Shown here: positions 28,184 to 41,400 of the stretch, piece by piece
How the letters are laid out: the number at the start of each line of letters is the position of its first letter
Position numbering within the stretch: position 1 is the stretch's first letter
The notes under the pieces: generated by a model
Told to the model about the DNA's origin: nothing
What the model saw: only the letters and a program-made list of their open reading frames with translations
Database searches by the model: none
Program-made: the position numbers and the translations under genes
Source: Bugula neritina
Lineage: Eukaryota; Animalia; Bryozoa
Length of the DNA: 64,000 nt
Assembly (NCBI GenBank): GCA_964035545.1
Contig: OZ037770.1
Coordinates: 1,240,001-1,304,000, forward strand
Direction: 5' to 3'

Positions 28184-31100
28184 GATGGAAAGTGACTTTT
28201 CTTTTGTCTGTGCTTATTGGTCAATTCAGTTATGAATCAGCGGCTACACTAAAATTCAGTCACATCAAAAAACTGTCTACATATCAAGTAGAAAAATGGG
28301 TGAAAATTTATATCATTGTACAGGCTTAGAAAACATTATTTGACATACAGACTACAAGATTTGCTATTAAATGATGGCGCATGCTACACCAGAGAGCAGA
28401 TATGAATAGTTTATAGAGTAGAACTGATCTTCTGGCAAGCTGTGGCCATTACATGGTTTATTTTATTTTCTTGAAGTCTTACACAGAAAAATGTAGGCTT
28501 AGTTGCAGTTCACTCTCAGAAGATGATGCAGCCAAAATTCTATAACTTCTTGTCGGCCATTTATGCATGACTAGTCGTGTGTTATGATATATGTTGAATA
28601 CACATATTGTAAACTATAACATAAGGTACGTCTGCAAGCAACCCCAGTTAAAAATGATGTATGAAAACATTGCTTCAGCCTGTCTTTTAAAAGGTCAAGG
28701 TCATACTTCCAAGGACGGTTTTCTTATTCTTACTAGAACCCTAGTCTTACGACAAACAGTTGTCTTTAAGTTAGATAGTCAAAATGATTTAATGACAGGA
28801 TCCTTTTGGTTTTACTATCCAAATGTATAGTGGCAATAACTACACCAGCCTTTACGACAATAATATCATTTATTTATTGAATTATCAAAGTATTATAGGC
28901 CGACTTATTAGTTAAATTTTTCAACCATTTGTCAACCAAAATGACTGAAAACTTGAGATTCAGTTTGACTTTCCGTGAAAGTCACATGATATCTTGGCTT
29001 TATTGAAATAAAAACATAATTGGCTACTGAACAAAGAAAAATTAAAATAAGTACTGAGTGGATGGATCAGTATGAAGTATGAACCAGTATGCAATTCGGT
29101 ATAATCGGATGCACCTGCCAACAAGAGAAACGGAAACTTTATTAAGTCCAACTAAGAGTGAAACTAAACAGGAATCTAAATTTTACATTCAACTATGAGC
29201 AATGCGGCTGCATAAAAGGGAATAGGTGAAGCATTTTTGACTGTCTTAAAGGGCATCTAAATTTAAAGACAATAATTCATTAATAAACATAAAGCCACAT
29301 GAAAGTGCAGATAATAGCACAATTAGTAGGGATATGAATGATAAGTTACCATCAAACAACTGATACTATTTCAGAAAATGAAATGGCCATGCTTAGTACC
29401 ATTACTATCAAACAAAACTTGAAAATCAACATGAATATGAAGGATCATGCAACCATTACATTACAATAATAAATCTAACTTCAAGTATAAGCCTCTAATC
29501 CAAAAAATATTTCACAGCTGAATGAAGTTAACACTCATGTTAATGTTCAGGGTGGAATTATTTTTGCAGCTCTTACAGTTATTTAATAACTATTGAAGTA
29601 TAAGCTAAAAGCAATTTTAATTTAAGCTTCAGTAACTGACTTAGAGTTAGGATTAGAACTTGGAAGCAATCAGATTGAGATTAACTTATTAGGACATCAT
29701 GACCATAATTATTGAATAAATAAATTATTGCGGTACTGATACGTTATGATTCAAATATTAATTTATAACATCAACTACAACATTAAGTGATTAACTATAA
29801 GTATAACTCAATATATATGATTAAAATTATACTTATACTTATAGTTATGCTTACACCTACTCTTACTCTTAGTCTTACAGTTATAGTTATACTTATACTC
29901 ATACTCATACTGAGTATAAGTATAACTATAAGCATAACTATAACTATAGGATTAAGTATAATCATATTGATATTCACTTATACTTATAGTTAATAAGTTA
30001 TACTTATTCATTTTGATATTCAGCATTCACTTTGACTTTTATTTATTATCATTATCATTAAGTGATTAACTCACCTCGTAAAAATTAGAACACTCTGCTA
30101 ACAATGAGTAATACTAATACTTATACTTATAGTTATACTAAAAGTAAAACTAAAAGTAAAAGTAATACTAAATCTAATAATAATGGTAATAATTATTTAT
30201 ATTAACGAATGACACTCAGAGTGCTACGTTTAGTTTTACCTTCAAATATTGAATTATTAAAAAAATATTATTAGCTAAATAGAACTACATTAGCCTTAGG
30301 CGTACTAGTCTTCACACATGTGACAGTATTACAAGTAAACGTAATAGTGATATTAGCTCAGTGATAGTAGTTGAGAATCTGAAACTCAAACTGTGCACCC
30401 AATTTAAATTTTCGATAATGTCAAGACTGAAATTTGACATTGACATTGATGACTGAACCAAAATTGAAATCAATATTAATATCAATTTGTTTATTTTTTC
30501 AGTATATTTTTTATTAGAATAGTGAACAATTTTTTTGAAACCAATAATGTAATGGAATATAAATGCAAAGTGGTCAGAATAATACAAATCATTTTTTAGA
30601 AACTAAAAACAATAAAGAGCACAACTTCGCCTACACTTCACTCGCCGATAATTATTATTCTACCAAAAAATATTATTTTCATTTTGATCAGCTGAAATTT
30701 TGATTGAAAAGACTCGTTGAGAATTAGAAAATTACCAACTTCAATAACAAGAAAGTTAATTCAGTTATTTTATTGCCAGACGATGGATTAGGAACATAAA
30801 AATGAATTAAATGAGTGGCTCTAATATATCAATAATTAATTTGAACCAATTTCATTTTCAATAAATAATTTTCTTCAAGTTCACTGTTACACTTACAGTT
30901 AGTGTTAGTCTCAGTCTCACTCTGAGTCTTGTGTGGGTGTCGAACTTGAAGTTGAACGTGATGTTTTATTTTTAGTTTTAATAGTAATACTAATACTAAT
31001 AGTTATAGCCTTCTAACTTTTATTCTAGTCTTGAAGTGTAATCAATATTCTACATCAATGCTCTATTAGTATTACAGAGTAACACCATTAGTATTAGCTT

Positions 31101-32084
31101 GTATTTAATATTTATACTACAATTACCGCAGTGGTAGTATCAGTGCATTTATACTCATTGAATTTTTAGTATCAGTATTTGCATGACTGGCAGTGATCCG
31201 GTGTTAATCACTGATAGTCTCACATTAATTATAATAAATTTATTCATTGGATTACAATCATTACTGAAAGTTAAAGTGACAGCAAAGCTAAAACTAATGC
31301 AGTAGTAGTAATACTATTAGTTAGACTTGCCATTGATTAATTTCGTCACTACAGCGATTCATAATTACACTCAACTGATTTCAGTAAAGTTAAAAATAAT
31401 TGGATTCAACTACTGAATTAGAATTTCAACTTTCAATCAATATTAAATATCAGTATGAATAATATATTTACCAACTTGAGGTATGGCTACTAAATATAGG
31501 TACATAGTTATTTACAAGGAAAAACTAAATAATCATTAGAGTAATTTCACTTATAGTTATACTAATGCTATTGACAGATGTTATGATTATAAGTTATAAA
31601 ATTAAATTCATGTTCAACTATTGCTATAACCATAAGTATTACTAATAGTAATTAAATATACTTGTAATAACAAATCTAATTCAGGTCCATTTTATTTTCT
31701 TTGCAGCAGTTGAACTACAAGTACAAGTATAACATTAACCATCAAATTAGAATTCACTCAGTATTAATCTCTCTGTTGGTAGTTATCATAAAGTATAACA
31801 AATGTTATTCTTATAGAATACATTTTGATCAGAGACTACATGCATCTTTTTCAAATACCTACATTGTTTCTTGGTCTAAATTTCACTTAAATTTGCAGTT
31901 TTATTTGGTTTTCAAATTACATTCTGGTTTTCAGTCCAAATTATTAAATATTTAAATAAATTCATGTACTAATTTGTTTTTAGTTTTGCCTAGAGTGATA
32001 GCCAAAGTAGGATTTATCCCCACAGTCTTAGTGACTCATTCTGATAGTAACACTTAAACATAGGACTAGCGGTTGAAGCTCAGG

Positions 32085-34492
32085 ATGTTGTCACAAAAGT
32101 TTAAACTGGCAGTTGTGTGCTCCAGTAACCAAAACAGAAGTATGGAGGCACACAATTTTCTGGTGTAAGTTTTAGACACACTAGTAATTAATTAGCAACT
32201 AATTATATTAATTTAGGTCTTTTTTCATGTAGTGGAAATTACTAAATATAATATTATATGCAACTTTGTTTGGACAAACTCGACATTTTCTTATTCTAAC
32301 CAATGCAAGAAAAGCGCTTTAAAAGCTATAATTCAGGGTTGCATAATGTGTTCAAGTGAGACTTTTACCCTCTTGAGTTAAAACTTTTAATTTTATCTGC
32401 CAAACAGATTTAATCTATCAAGATTTTTCATCATTGTAAAAAGCTGACCCCCAATCTTTAAGCATTATTTATAAATTTGTAATTGTCAATAATGGTTTAT
32501 AGTTGCCATTATTGATAATTAATAATTGTCATTAAAAGTAACCATAGTCGCTATGATTATAATGTCAATGTATTTGTTATTCTCATTAATTCTAAAACCA
32601 ATTGTTAGTGTTTCACTGGTTGTCTTTAAATTGATGATATGGTAAATGTTAATTTAATTGATTGTTGCTGAAAAGGATATAGGAGTTGTGAAAACAATTA
32701 TCAATTGTTACTTTCAGCAAAAAGGGTTTTAAAGTCAGCTCCTTTGGTTCAGGTAATCAAGTGAAGCTGCCGGGCACGGCAGCAGATTCTCCTAACGTTT
32801 ACGACTTCAACACAACATACCAGGAAATGTACGACGATTTAAGCAGTAAAGACAGAAACCTGTATCCCTTTACTCTGCTTAGTTGAGTTTTCTAGTCACT
32901 CTTGGTCATGTCAGACCCGCTTGTGAGGATCATTTGAATAAGCAAATTTTCTCTTTTCGATTTACTGTTGTTAGACTAATGAGTTTAGTAAAAGAAACGT
33001 TGAACTTATTACAAAAGTTGTGGGTTTGAATCTCAGCTGTACAGTTTTTGTAAAAAGTAACTGACTATTTGGTGTCACTATCAACATAAATTGAACAAAA
33101 CATAAAACAGGGGTATTTTCTTAGAATCACAGTTGCTAAGATAAATATTACTAACCTTGAAAGTCATGTTCTTTTATTTAAGCAGGTATTTATTTAAAAG
33201 ATTAATTTTTTTACCATTTAATCTCCTAGTTCTAAATTGTATATTTTTCCCAGACAAATATTCTTAGCTTACATTTATATCTATTTAGCCATATTGCTAA
33301 AGTATATCGTGTTATCTAATAAGTTCAGGAGTTATGTCACCTTTTCGGACGGTTAAGTTGTTTCCTTTAAGATTTCATGCAGATATACACAGAATGGCAT
33401 TCTTCACATGCTGGACAGAAACAGGCGTATCAAGCAAAGACCAGAGAGGTTTCAAAGCTGCGCTGATCATTTCGACATCGTCATAACTTGTGAGGAAAGG
33501 GTGTATGATCAGTGTATAGAAGGTCGGTCTGCCATTACTTATGTCTTGTAGGCTGTGCTAGTTATATAGATAGTGGCAGGAAAAATTGTCCAGTATTTAG
33601 GATGAAAATATTTATGGATACTCTGATAGCATTGGAGAAGTTTTCCATTCAACGTCACGCTTTTTGACAGCGTAATGGAGTGAACACTGGTTGCTGATAT
33701 ATTGAGTCGTACTGTTTGTTAGTCGTACTGGTTGTTAGTCGTACTCATTGTTAGTCATACTGAAGGTGACTTATACTGATCATAACTCTCACTAATAATT
33801 ACCCACACTAGTAGTAACTCTGACTGTTGATGAGTCATACTGATACGTGACTGTTAGTTACTGCAGTCGCTAGAGATTCATATCTAGCTAAACTCTTCTT
33901 ACAGAAGGGAAATGAAAGTCATAGTCATTTTCAAAAACCGAACTTGAAATAAAAATATCAAGCAATAGATATATGCATTTCCTTAAGGGTGGCAAAGTAT
34001 CTGTTTGACTGATAGCCTGTGGTCCATGTTTGTAGAGTTGAACAACCGAGAGGCCAGTTCAGATGAGCTGGGTTCTCAGTCTCATATTATAAACATAGAG
34101 ATACACGACAATCACGAGGAGGCAACTATCGGAGCTTTCTTGATATGCGACCTGTGTTCTATGGTGAGTTACTACTACTACTACTACTACTACTAGTAGT
34201 ACTACTACTAGTAGTAGTACTACTACTAGTAGTAGTACTACTAGTAGTAGTAGTACTACTACTATTACTACTACTACTACTACTACTATTACTACTACTA
34301 CTACTACTAGTACTACTACTACTAATACTATTAGTAGTACTACCACTACTACTACTGGTTCTACTAATTAATGTTTCTGTAACCCCACAGTTACACTCAT
34401 CCGATGACCTAGATAATGAAATAGACGAGATTTTACAAGAATTTGAAAGTAGATGCCAAAGGCCTGTGCTACACACGACCCTATTCTATTAG
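32085..34492 (+). CDS. SSU72: RNA polymerase II CTD phosphatase SSU72 (exons 32085-32164, 32718-32861, 33383-33522, 34036-34163, 34391-34492)
   Basis: [15 protein letters not shown] catalytic loop, [44 protein letters not shown] and C-terminal HTTLFY. Confidence 0.98.
32862..33382 (+). other. Probable U12-type (minor spliceosome) GT-AG intron in SSU72
   Basis: 5' end is GTATCCCTT. A TTCCTTTAAG branch-like motif lies ~11 nt before the AG and there is no polypyrimidine tract. Confidence 0.75.
34170..34356. repeat. (TAC)n/(TAG)n microsatellite filling SSU72 intron 4
   Basis: Directly visible, in alternating orientations. Confidence 0.97.
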
Positions 34493-35418
34493 GTCTGACA
34501 TCGCGTCTTTCTATAGAAAATCTGAAACTCGCCTCTTTCTGATTTATTTAGTGAAATTAAAATTGTCCATATCGCATGTGATATAAGGGTCATTGACTAT
34601 GCGACTCGAATTCCCACAGGTGTATTTATTTATGATAGCTTATGCTGTAATTAATGAATCTTTCTAAGATATAAGACTATGTATAAAAATTCCCTTTTGT
34701 ATACCTAAATTCTACATGTACACATGTATATCGCATTAAATGTGCAATAATATTGGTCACACAAATATATCAGCTATGTTTTTGTATGGAAATGAAAGCC
34801 ACTTTTTGAATAATAAAATATTTTCACAAATATTGTACAATAGTCGATGTCCTATGCTTAGAAGTAGCTAACACAAGTCAGCCCTAACCAAATACTGTTA
34901 TAAAACTTTCAGCTGTTAAAAATCCATCTCCAATATAGAATGTGATTAGTGTTAAATAATCGCAGGAAATGGTAAATTATAATTTTGATGAGTCCAATTT
35001 TATCTAAAAAGACCAAAAAATCTGATAACGAACTTTAAAGCACTGTATGTAAGCTAAACTGGACATATTTATGAGCTTATATTACATCCCATAGCGCTGT
35101 CAAGAAATTTCATTTTGCTAAATAAAAGTTTCTCAGTAACTTTTATTGTACGTATGATTGGTCACATGAAAACCTCATGCAAATCTATAAAAAATTAGTT
35201 TAGCACAACAAGACAAATAAATACAAATAATTAATATAAATAATTAGATTGGAAGACCTAAAAAAGGATTGATGGTGTTTGATAAAGACACAATAATGTT
35301 GATATTAAAAAGAAAGGATTTATACATATCACTACAACCTATACACAGCACGTAGTAACTGACATTGTATTGCACACAACACGGTATATAGACAGAAAGG
35401 ATAATGTGAGAACAACTC

Positions 35419-38400
35419 CTAAACAGCACTAGGGTCATCAGGGTACAAGCTGGCTTTAAGCTCTTCAAACTGCAAGAACAAAAATATACACTAATATGAA
35501 GACAACAATACTTAAAGTAGAGAGTCAGATACTGCTATTTGCAATTGAGAAGGACATGAAGATCTAATGTAATGTTAAGAGCTTACATTTAATACTAATG
35601 ATTGTTCTAGTAATATCAAATAGATAATCTAACAGCCGCTGTATAACCACTCTGAGCCTAAACTCATTTGAAGCTTAGTGTGACACCATAAACATGTTTC
35701 CTGAAGAATATGGCACTATACGTTAGAAGAAACTGGTTCAAATATTTGTTGAGATAAATGGAGATTATTTGAGTCAGCTTATATATAAGAAGTAAAAATT
35801 ATACCACTACTTCAGTGTTGACATGTAAACAGTGCTATTTCCCCAGTGACAGGTGACTCATAGTGTCACCTTTAGCGACTCAGAGTGTCATTAGTGACAG
35901 GTGAGTCAGATTGTCAACAGCGGCAGGTGAGATAAGGTGTCAACAATAGCAGAGAAAAGCGGCAGGTGTATCAGGAAGTCAGATGACATGAATAAGGAAT
36001 GAGGGAAATGAAGCAGTAGAGTTTCTTAGTAATTAGTCACAGTTACATAGTAATCTGTAGACATCTTACTTTGAGTGAGAGCGACTCAATACCAGCTATT
36101 AGACTTCTTCTTATCTTCTGACCCTCATAGTTGATAGTCTGCTGCCTGTGACAAAGAGAACACAACTCAAAACTAATTCTCAAGAAGCAGCAGCGGCTGT
36201 TCCTTACAGAGAAGTTGCAAGAGTACATAATGCCTCGTACAAACACATTCCTAATGGTTCATATATACTCACTCCTCTACTGGTATTGATTAGTTCATTG
36301 TTTAACATAAAATAACAAATCCCAAATAGGTCACATAACTCCTTTTAAAAGGTAATGATGATTAGGTTCATGTTTTACATAAAATTCAAGTTATAAAAAT
36401 TGAAAGCCATGATAAAGCTGATTAGTAACATATCGTGACAAACTAAATACAGTGATCAAGGCGCCAGCTATAAAACCACAGCAAATCTCTCACAGATATT
36501 TAAGATAACAAACACTACAATCACCTGTTCATCTCTCCAATCACAAACGCCAGGGTCTCCTCCAGTCGCCGAGACCGGAGTTCTTGTTTAATGCTGTGAA
36601 CTCGGGGGTCAAGGTTACGCACTGAGTAACCTCGCCACAGCTTCTGAATGTGTACGGCTGCCTTGGCATGCACTTCAGTATACTCTGCAAGTTAAATGTG
36701 TTGGTGAGCGATTCACTCACGGATTTTCCAGTTTCTCAGTTTCAAAGAGTAGGCAAGTAAGTAACAATAAACACGGCTAACAGGAGGTGTGTTGGTTGTG
36801 GGTGTGGCTAATAGTCTAGTAAAATAGCTTCTGGGTCACACTTTGAGTTTTCTTAGGCCAAAAAGAAAGCTACCAGGTGATTGGTCAAATGTTTGAAAAA
36901 ACCTAGATGGGTGGTTATCTTCATACGAATAAGAAATGGTTAGTTTTATGTAACTGGTTGGAGACTATACAAGCCGAATTGAACAAATCAAGGCATTTCA
37001 TAGCCATGAGATTATTTCAAAGCAAGTAGAATGACTGAAACACATAAAAGTGCTGTGTACCTGTAGCAGACGTATGCGCTGTGGAAGGTTCTGTGGTTTG
37101 ACAAGTCTGTCTGTTAGTCTGACCGAACTGCTCCGTGCCTGGTGCAAGTCTGGAAGGTGAAGAACCAACATGGCCGACTTTTACTGTTGAAACTGAGTCA
37201 CTAATTGGCTGATCTACAATGAACAAACAGTTCCACATACTGGGAGACAAACTCAAATGGTCCAATACGAAACAAGCTTTCATTCTGCTAATCAAACTGG
37301 CTGAGTCCGCAGAAGAACATGTACTTAGCCATGATTCATTGATAACCAAAAAGTGACCGAATTTTATATGACCTATTTTAATGAGACGTACTCCTATGTG
37401 ACTTAGTTCCGTGTGACCTACTTTTACAGTTCCTCATGTGGTAAATTAGAAAAAGTGCCCAAGTTAAGAAAGAAATGAAATGATTGGTTACCTGTTTGAA
37501 AGGAAGCAGATGATTGGTTGCTAAACTCAGCTGAGTCAGATACAAGTATCAGCCTGCGACTGGCCATGTTTTTCTTCTCTCTAGTTGGGCTACGAGACGC
37601 ACTTCTCGATCTTGACATCTTGGGGAGTGAGTCACTGGAAAGACCAATCACTGGACAGTTTAGTTAGCAGCCATCAGAAATAAACCAATCAGAAAGCACT
37701 TTAGTTCTAGGTCACTTGTAAAAAGCCAATCACATCAGAGTGATTTAGGAATAGAATCGCCAACTGATGTCTAACTCTAACTATTACAAGGGTCATTTTA
37801 CTTAATTTTTCACAATTCAGCTGCTAATGAACAAGGGTTTTTGCTCGAAACTAGTAAAATATCAATAAATACATCTAAACAATCAGGATTCTTTTTTATT
37901 TTGCTTGATTTCCCATGTTTTTCCTATTTATTCAGCTACTTTCGATTGCGGACCGTTTGTTTAGTAAAGGTCCGCAATCCAAATTAGCTAAATAAAGAGG
38001 AAAACATGGGAAATCAAGCAAAATTAGGAAGAATCCTGATTGTTTAGGTGTATTTATTGATACTTTACTAGGTTTGAGCAAAAACCTATGTTAATTAGCA
38101 GCTAAATTGTAAAAAAATAGTTAAAAACTGGAGATTCCCAGTGTGTACTAAATTAAGTAAAATGACCCACATATAAGTAGTAAATCTATGTGAATCATGT
38201 TTCCTCATTTTAAAGTCATCTTATATGTATATTACTATAGCTCTTGCTAAACAGCTAGCCTCAAGAGTTCATAGTGTTACTATCATCTGTATTCTTAGGA
38301 GTTGTACCTAATGAACATATACAATGTAATTCACTACAAATCAAGACCCCTTCCCGTGTCCCATACTATACGCACACTGAATAACATCAACTCGGACTAA

Positions 38401-41400
38401 TCTGTAGAATTACCTGCGCTTAGGAGCAGTTCTAATATTAGACACAGAGCTTGGACTTCTCTCCTGACCAATTACCTGCCTTATAAGACCTCTCATATCT
38501 CGGCGCGATACAAGGGGAGATCCTGGAGTAACTGGAGTTGAGGGTGCACTGGTATTAGAGTTATCCCCACCAGCTGGAGGTCTAGAAATAATAGTATTAC
38601 CTACCATGACATCATATTATATAGATAGAGTTTCATTATTCATGTTCACAAATAGCAACAAATTAAATTCCATACAAAATTTTATCCAAGCAAAACAATA
38701 AATTTATAATAACTGGTAATGAATGGGTGAATTGTTACTTTATATCTATACTATGACCCAAAATGTAAATTATACAAATTTATTGGATAGGGTAAGAGTG
38801 TGGGAAATATTTTGTGTGCACATGAAGATTTAGTATGCCAACAGCTGTGCTAGTAGTACTAGTATTCATATCGACAAAGATAAGGACATGTGGGAACTAA
38901 CAGATGAGTGGTATGTACACTGACTCATTCACTATTCACTCATTTACTTGAGTTACTAACAGTTGCTCATAGTTACAGTCACTCACAGTTACAGTCTCAC
39001 TCACAGTTAGTCACTTACAGTTACTAGTAACTAATACACTCGTGTTATAGTGACTACAAATATTAGTGAATAATCACTTTCAACCAACTCAGTACTAGAA
39101 TGACTATCACTGTTACTGTAGTACTACTACTAGTACTGTTAGTAGCGAGAGCTGAAAAGCGAACTGGGCTAAGATGGGAGATAGAAGAGCAAGACGGGCG
39201 TCTGGTAAGAGCCCTCACTGACGGATCACAAGTAGTGACACTCGACTACAACCAGAAAGGGCAGCTGATTCAGTGTTGGGCGACGAGGGAAGGCAAGACT
39301 CAAACAGCTATCAGCTTCCTGTACTACGCGGTGAGGTTATCGAACTTCAGTTCTACTAATCATAGCAGAATTTCACAATATTCATTATTAACCACTACAG
39401 ATGCGAGTGCAGTGATGGAGAAATTGAGAAAAGCCTGTGTTCTAGATTAAAAATGAAGCAAAAGAAAATAAGTTTCAAGCTGTGCTCCAAACCAAAACAT
39501 ATTTAAAAAATCTAAGAACTTAGGCTATCTCAATTTTTCCTTTATAGCTCTTAAATGGAATAAAATTTTGTTTGGCTTAATTATTTAGCTTATCAAGGGC
39601 CCTCTTCTTGTTGAATAATTTTTGTTAAAGCTAAGTCTATTAAAATAAACTTTCGAAAAGCAGACCAAACTTTAAGAAAAAAAAACAAATAGAATAAAGG
39701 AAATTGAGAGATGGAAATGCTGTGTTACAGGCTATGGCTGACGGGAAACCACACAACCGACAAGCAGTAGATATAGACATCAAGGATGTGAAGAGATACT
39801 GTAAATCTTACATGAAAAATGTTACTAAGGTGAGATCTTTTATTATCATATATTACCACTATATATGTAATATATTAGTGTTATACGATATAATACAGTG
39901 TTATACAATATAATATACTGTTATATAAACCATGATCTATGTTATAATACTATGCTATATAAAGTAATAAAATATAAAATATTATTCTTACATAATACAT
40001 TAATATAGTATATAATTAAGAATATTATATATTGTATTATTATATCATATAACAAAATATGATTTTATACAATATGCCATTATTTGCCAGCCATGATTAA
40101 CATTAAATAAATAGATTATATAGAAGTAAAATAATTAACCATCATGTTTCATATAGACTACTAAAAAATTTCTTAAATGTTTTCTATTTTAAACTTATAT
40201 TAATTAAAAAATTCAATTGACTCCATGTATAACATGATTATTCATATTTGTAATATTACATTATTAACTAAGCCTAGGGCCACACGGTGCGTATTTTCGC
40301 ATGCAAAAATTGAAATCACAAGTAGCAAAGGTGTCCACTGTAGCGTCAGTGATGCATGATAAATAAAGCTTTCATTTTTAAATCGCACTCGCTTTCAATA
40401 GAACGCAATTTGCTGGAATGTAGCACTAAATTAAAGAAATTGGGCTCGCTAAATAGCTACCAGCCAATTAGGTGACGATGACAGAGACGCAAGTGCGAAG
40501 GTTTTCTCAACGCGCACAGTGGACACCTTTGCTACTTGTGATTTCAATTTTCGCATGCGAAAATACGCACAGTGTGGCCCTAAGCTAAGACTTTTTCATT
40601 GTAATCCATCAAACTAACTTTGATTAAACTAAATAATTTAGTACTATTTTCATTTTGAGTACACAACTAATTGCCAATATTTTTTGAAATATATTCTCAA
40701 AAAATACCAAATTATTTTTCAAAAAAAAAATTTCAAAATGAAAACGCTTCATCATAAAATAATTATTAATTTAGTTTATTATACAATTAGAGTCGGAGTG
40801 AAAGTGACAACTCTTTGGTAGAGGAGATAGAAATGGTAGCCACGCTGAGAGAAGGATTTGATGGTAAGAAATTTATCATTTACAAAAAGTAGGATATAAT
40901 AATAGAACTTAGGCTATTTGAGAGGGAGGAAGGGCCTGATTTAGTACTCAAATAAACAGCTTATTAACTAGCCCTCACTCCATGGGCAATAATTTATAAT
41001 ATTATTTTAGTGGTGAATTAAGCAACATTTTGGAGTTGTTTGCCAATAGCAATGCAAATTTCAAGATGAAACAATTCCCAAGAACATTACAAACTTTTAG
41101 TAATCAAAGCTGTTTAATTAATTAATTTACCAACTATATCTATTTTTCTACCTGAGTGTAAAAGAGAAAGCTACCACTACTTTCTAATTTTAACAAACGA
41201 CATACGTTATGCTCTACCAAAAAAGTTTATATACATTTCTGTCGTGTTCTGTCGCTAAGGCAGCAGGTGGTGTGGGCTCAACCCGGCAAAGTCAAACACT
41301 AAAGTAGCTCTTAAAAAGGAAGATCGGTGTTGTAAGAAATGGCACGAGTGCTCTTTACAGATAAAAGGTAAGAATACCGGTTTCTCTAAATAAAAAAAAT

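Noticed and set aside
29787-29993. Hydrophobic membrane-peptide ORFs
   Set aside because: A by-product of the hexamer-periodic tract, open on both strands with no splice or homology support.
35419-38607. A separate minus-strand gene downstream of the PLA2-like gene
   Set aside because: These exons join in phase to the LRR exons and supply the CEP97 IQ/coiled-coil region.
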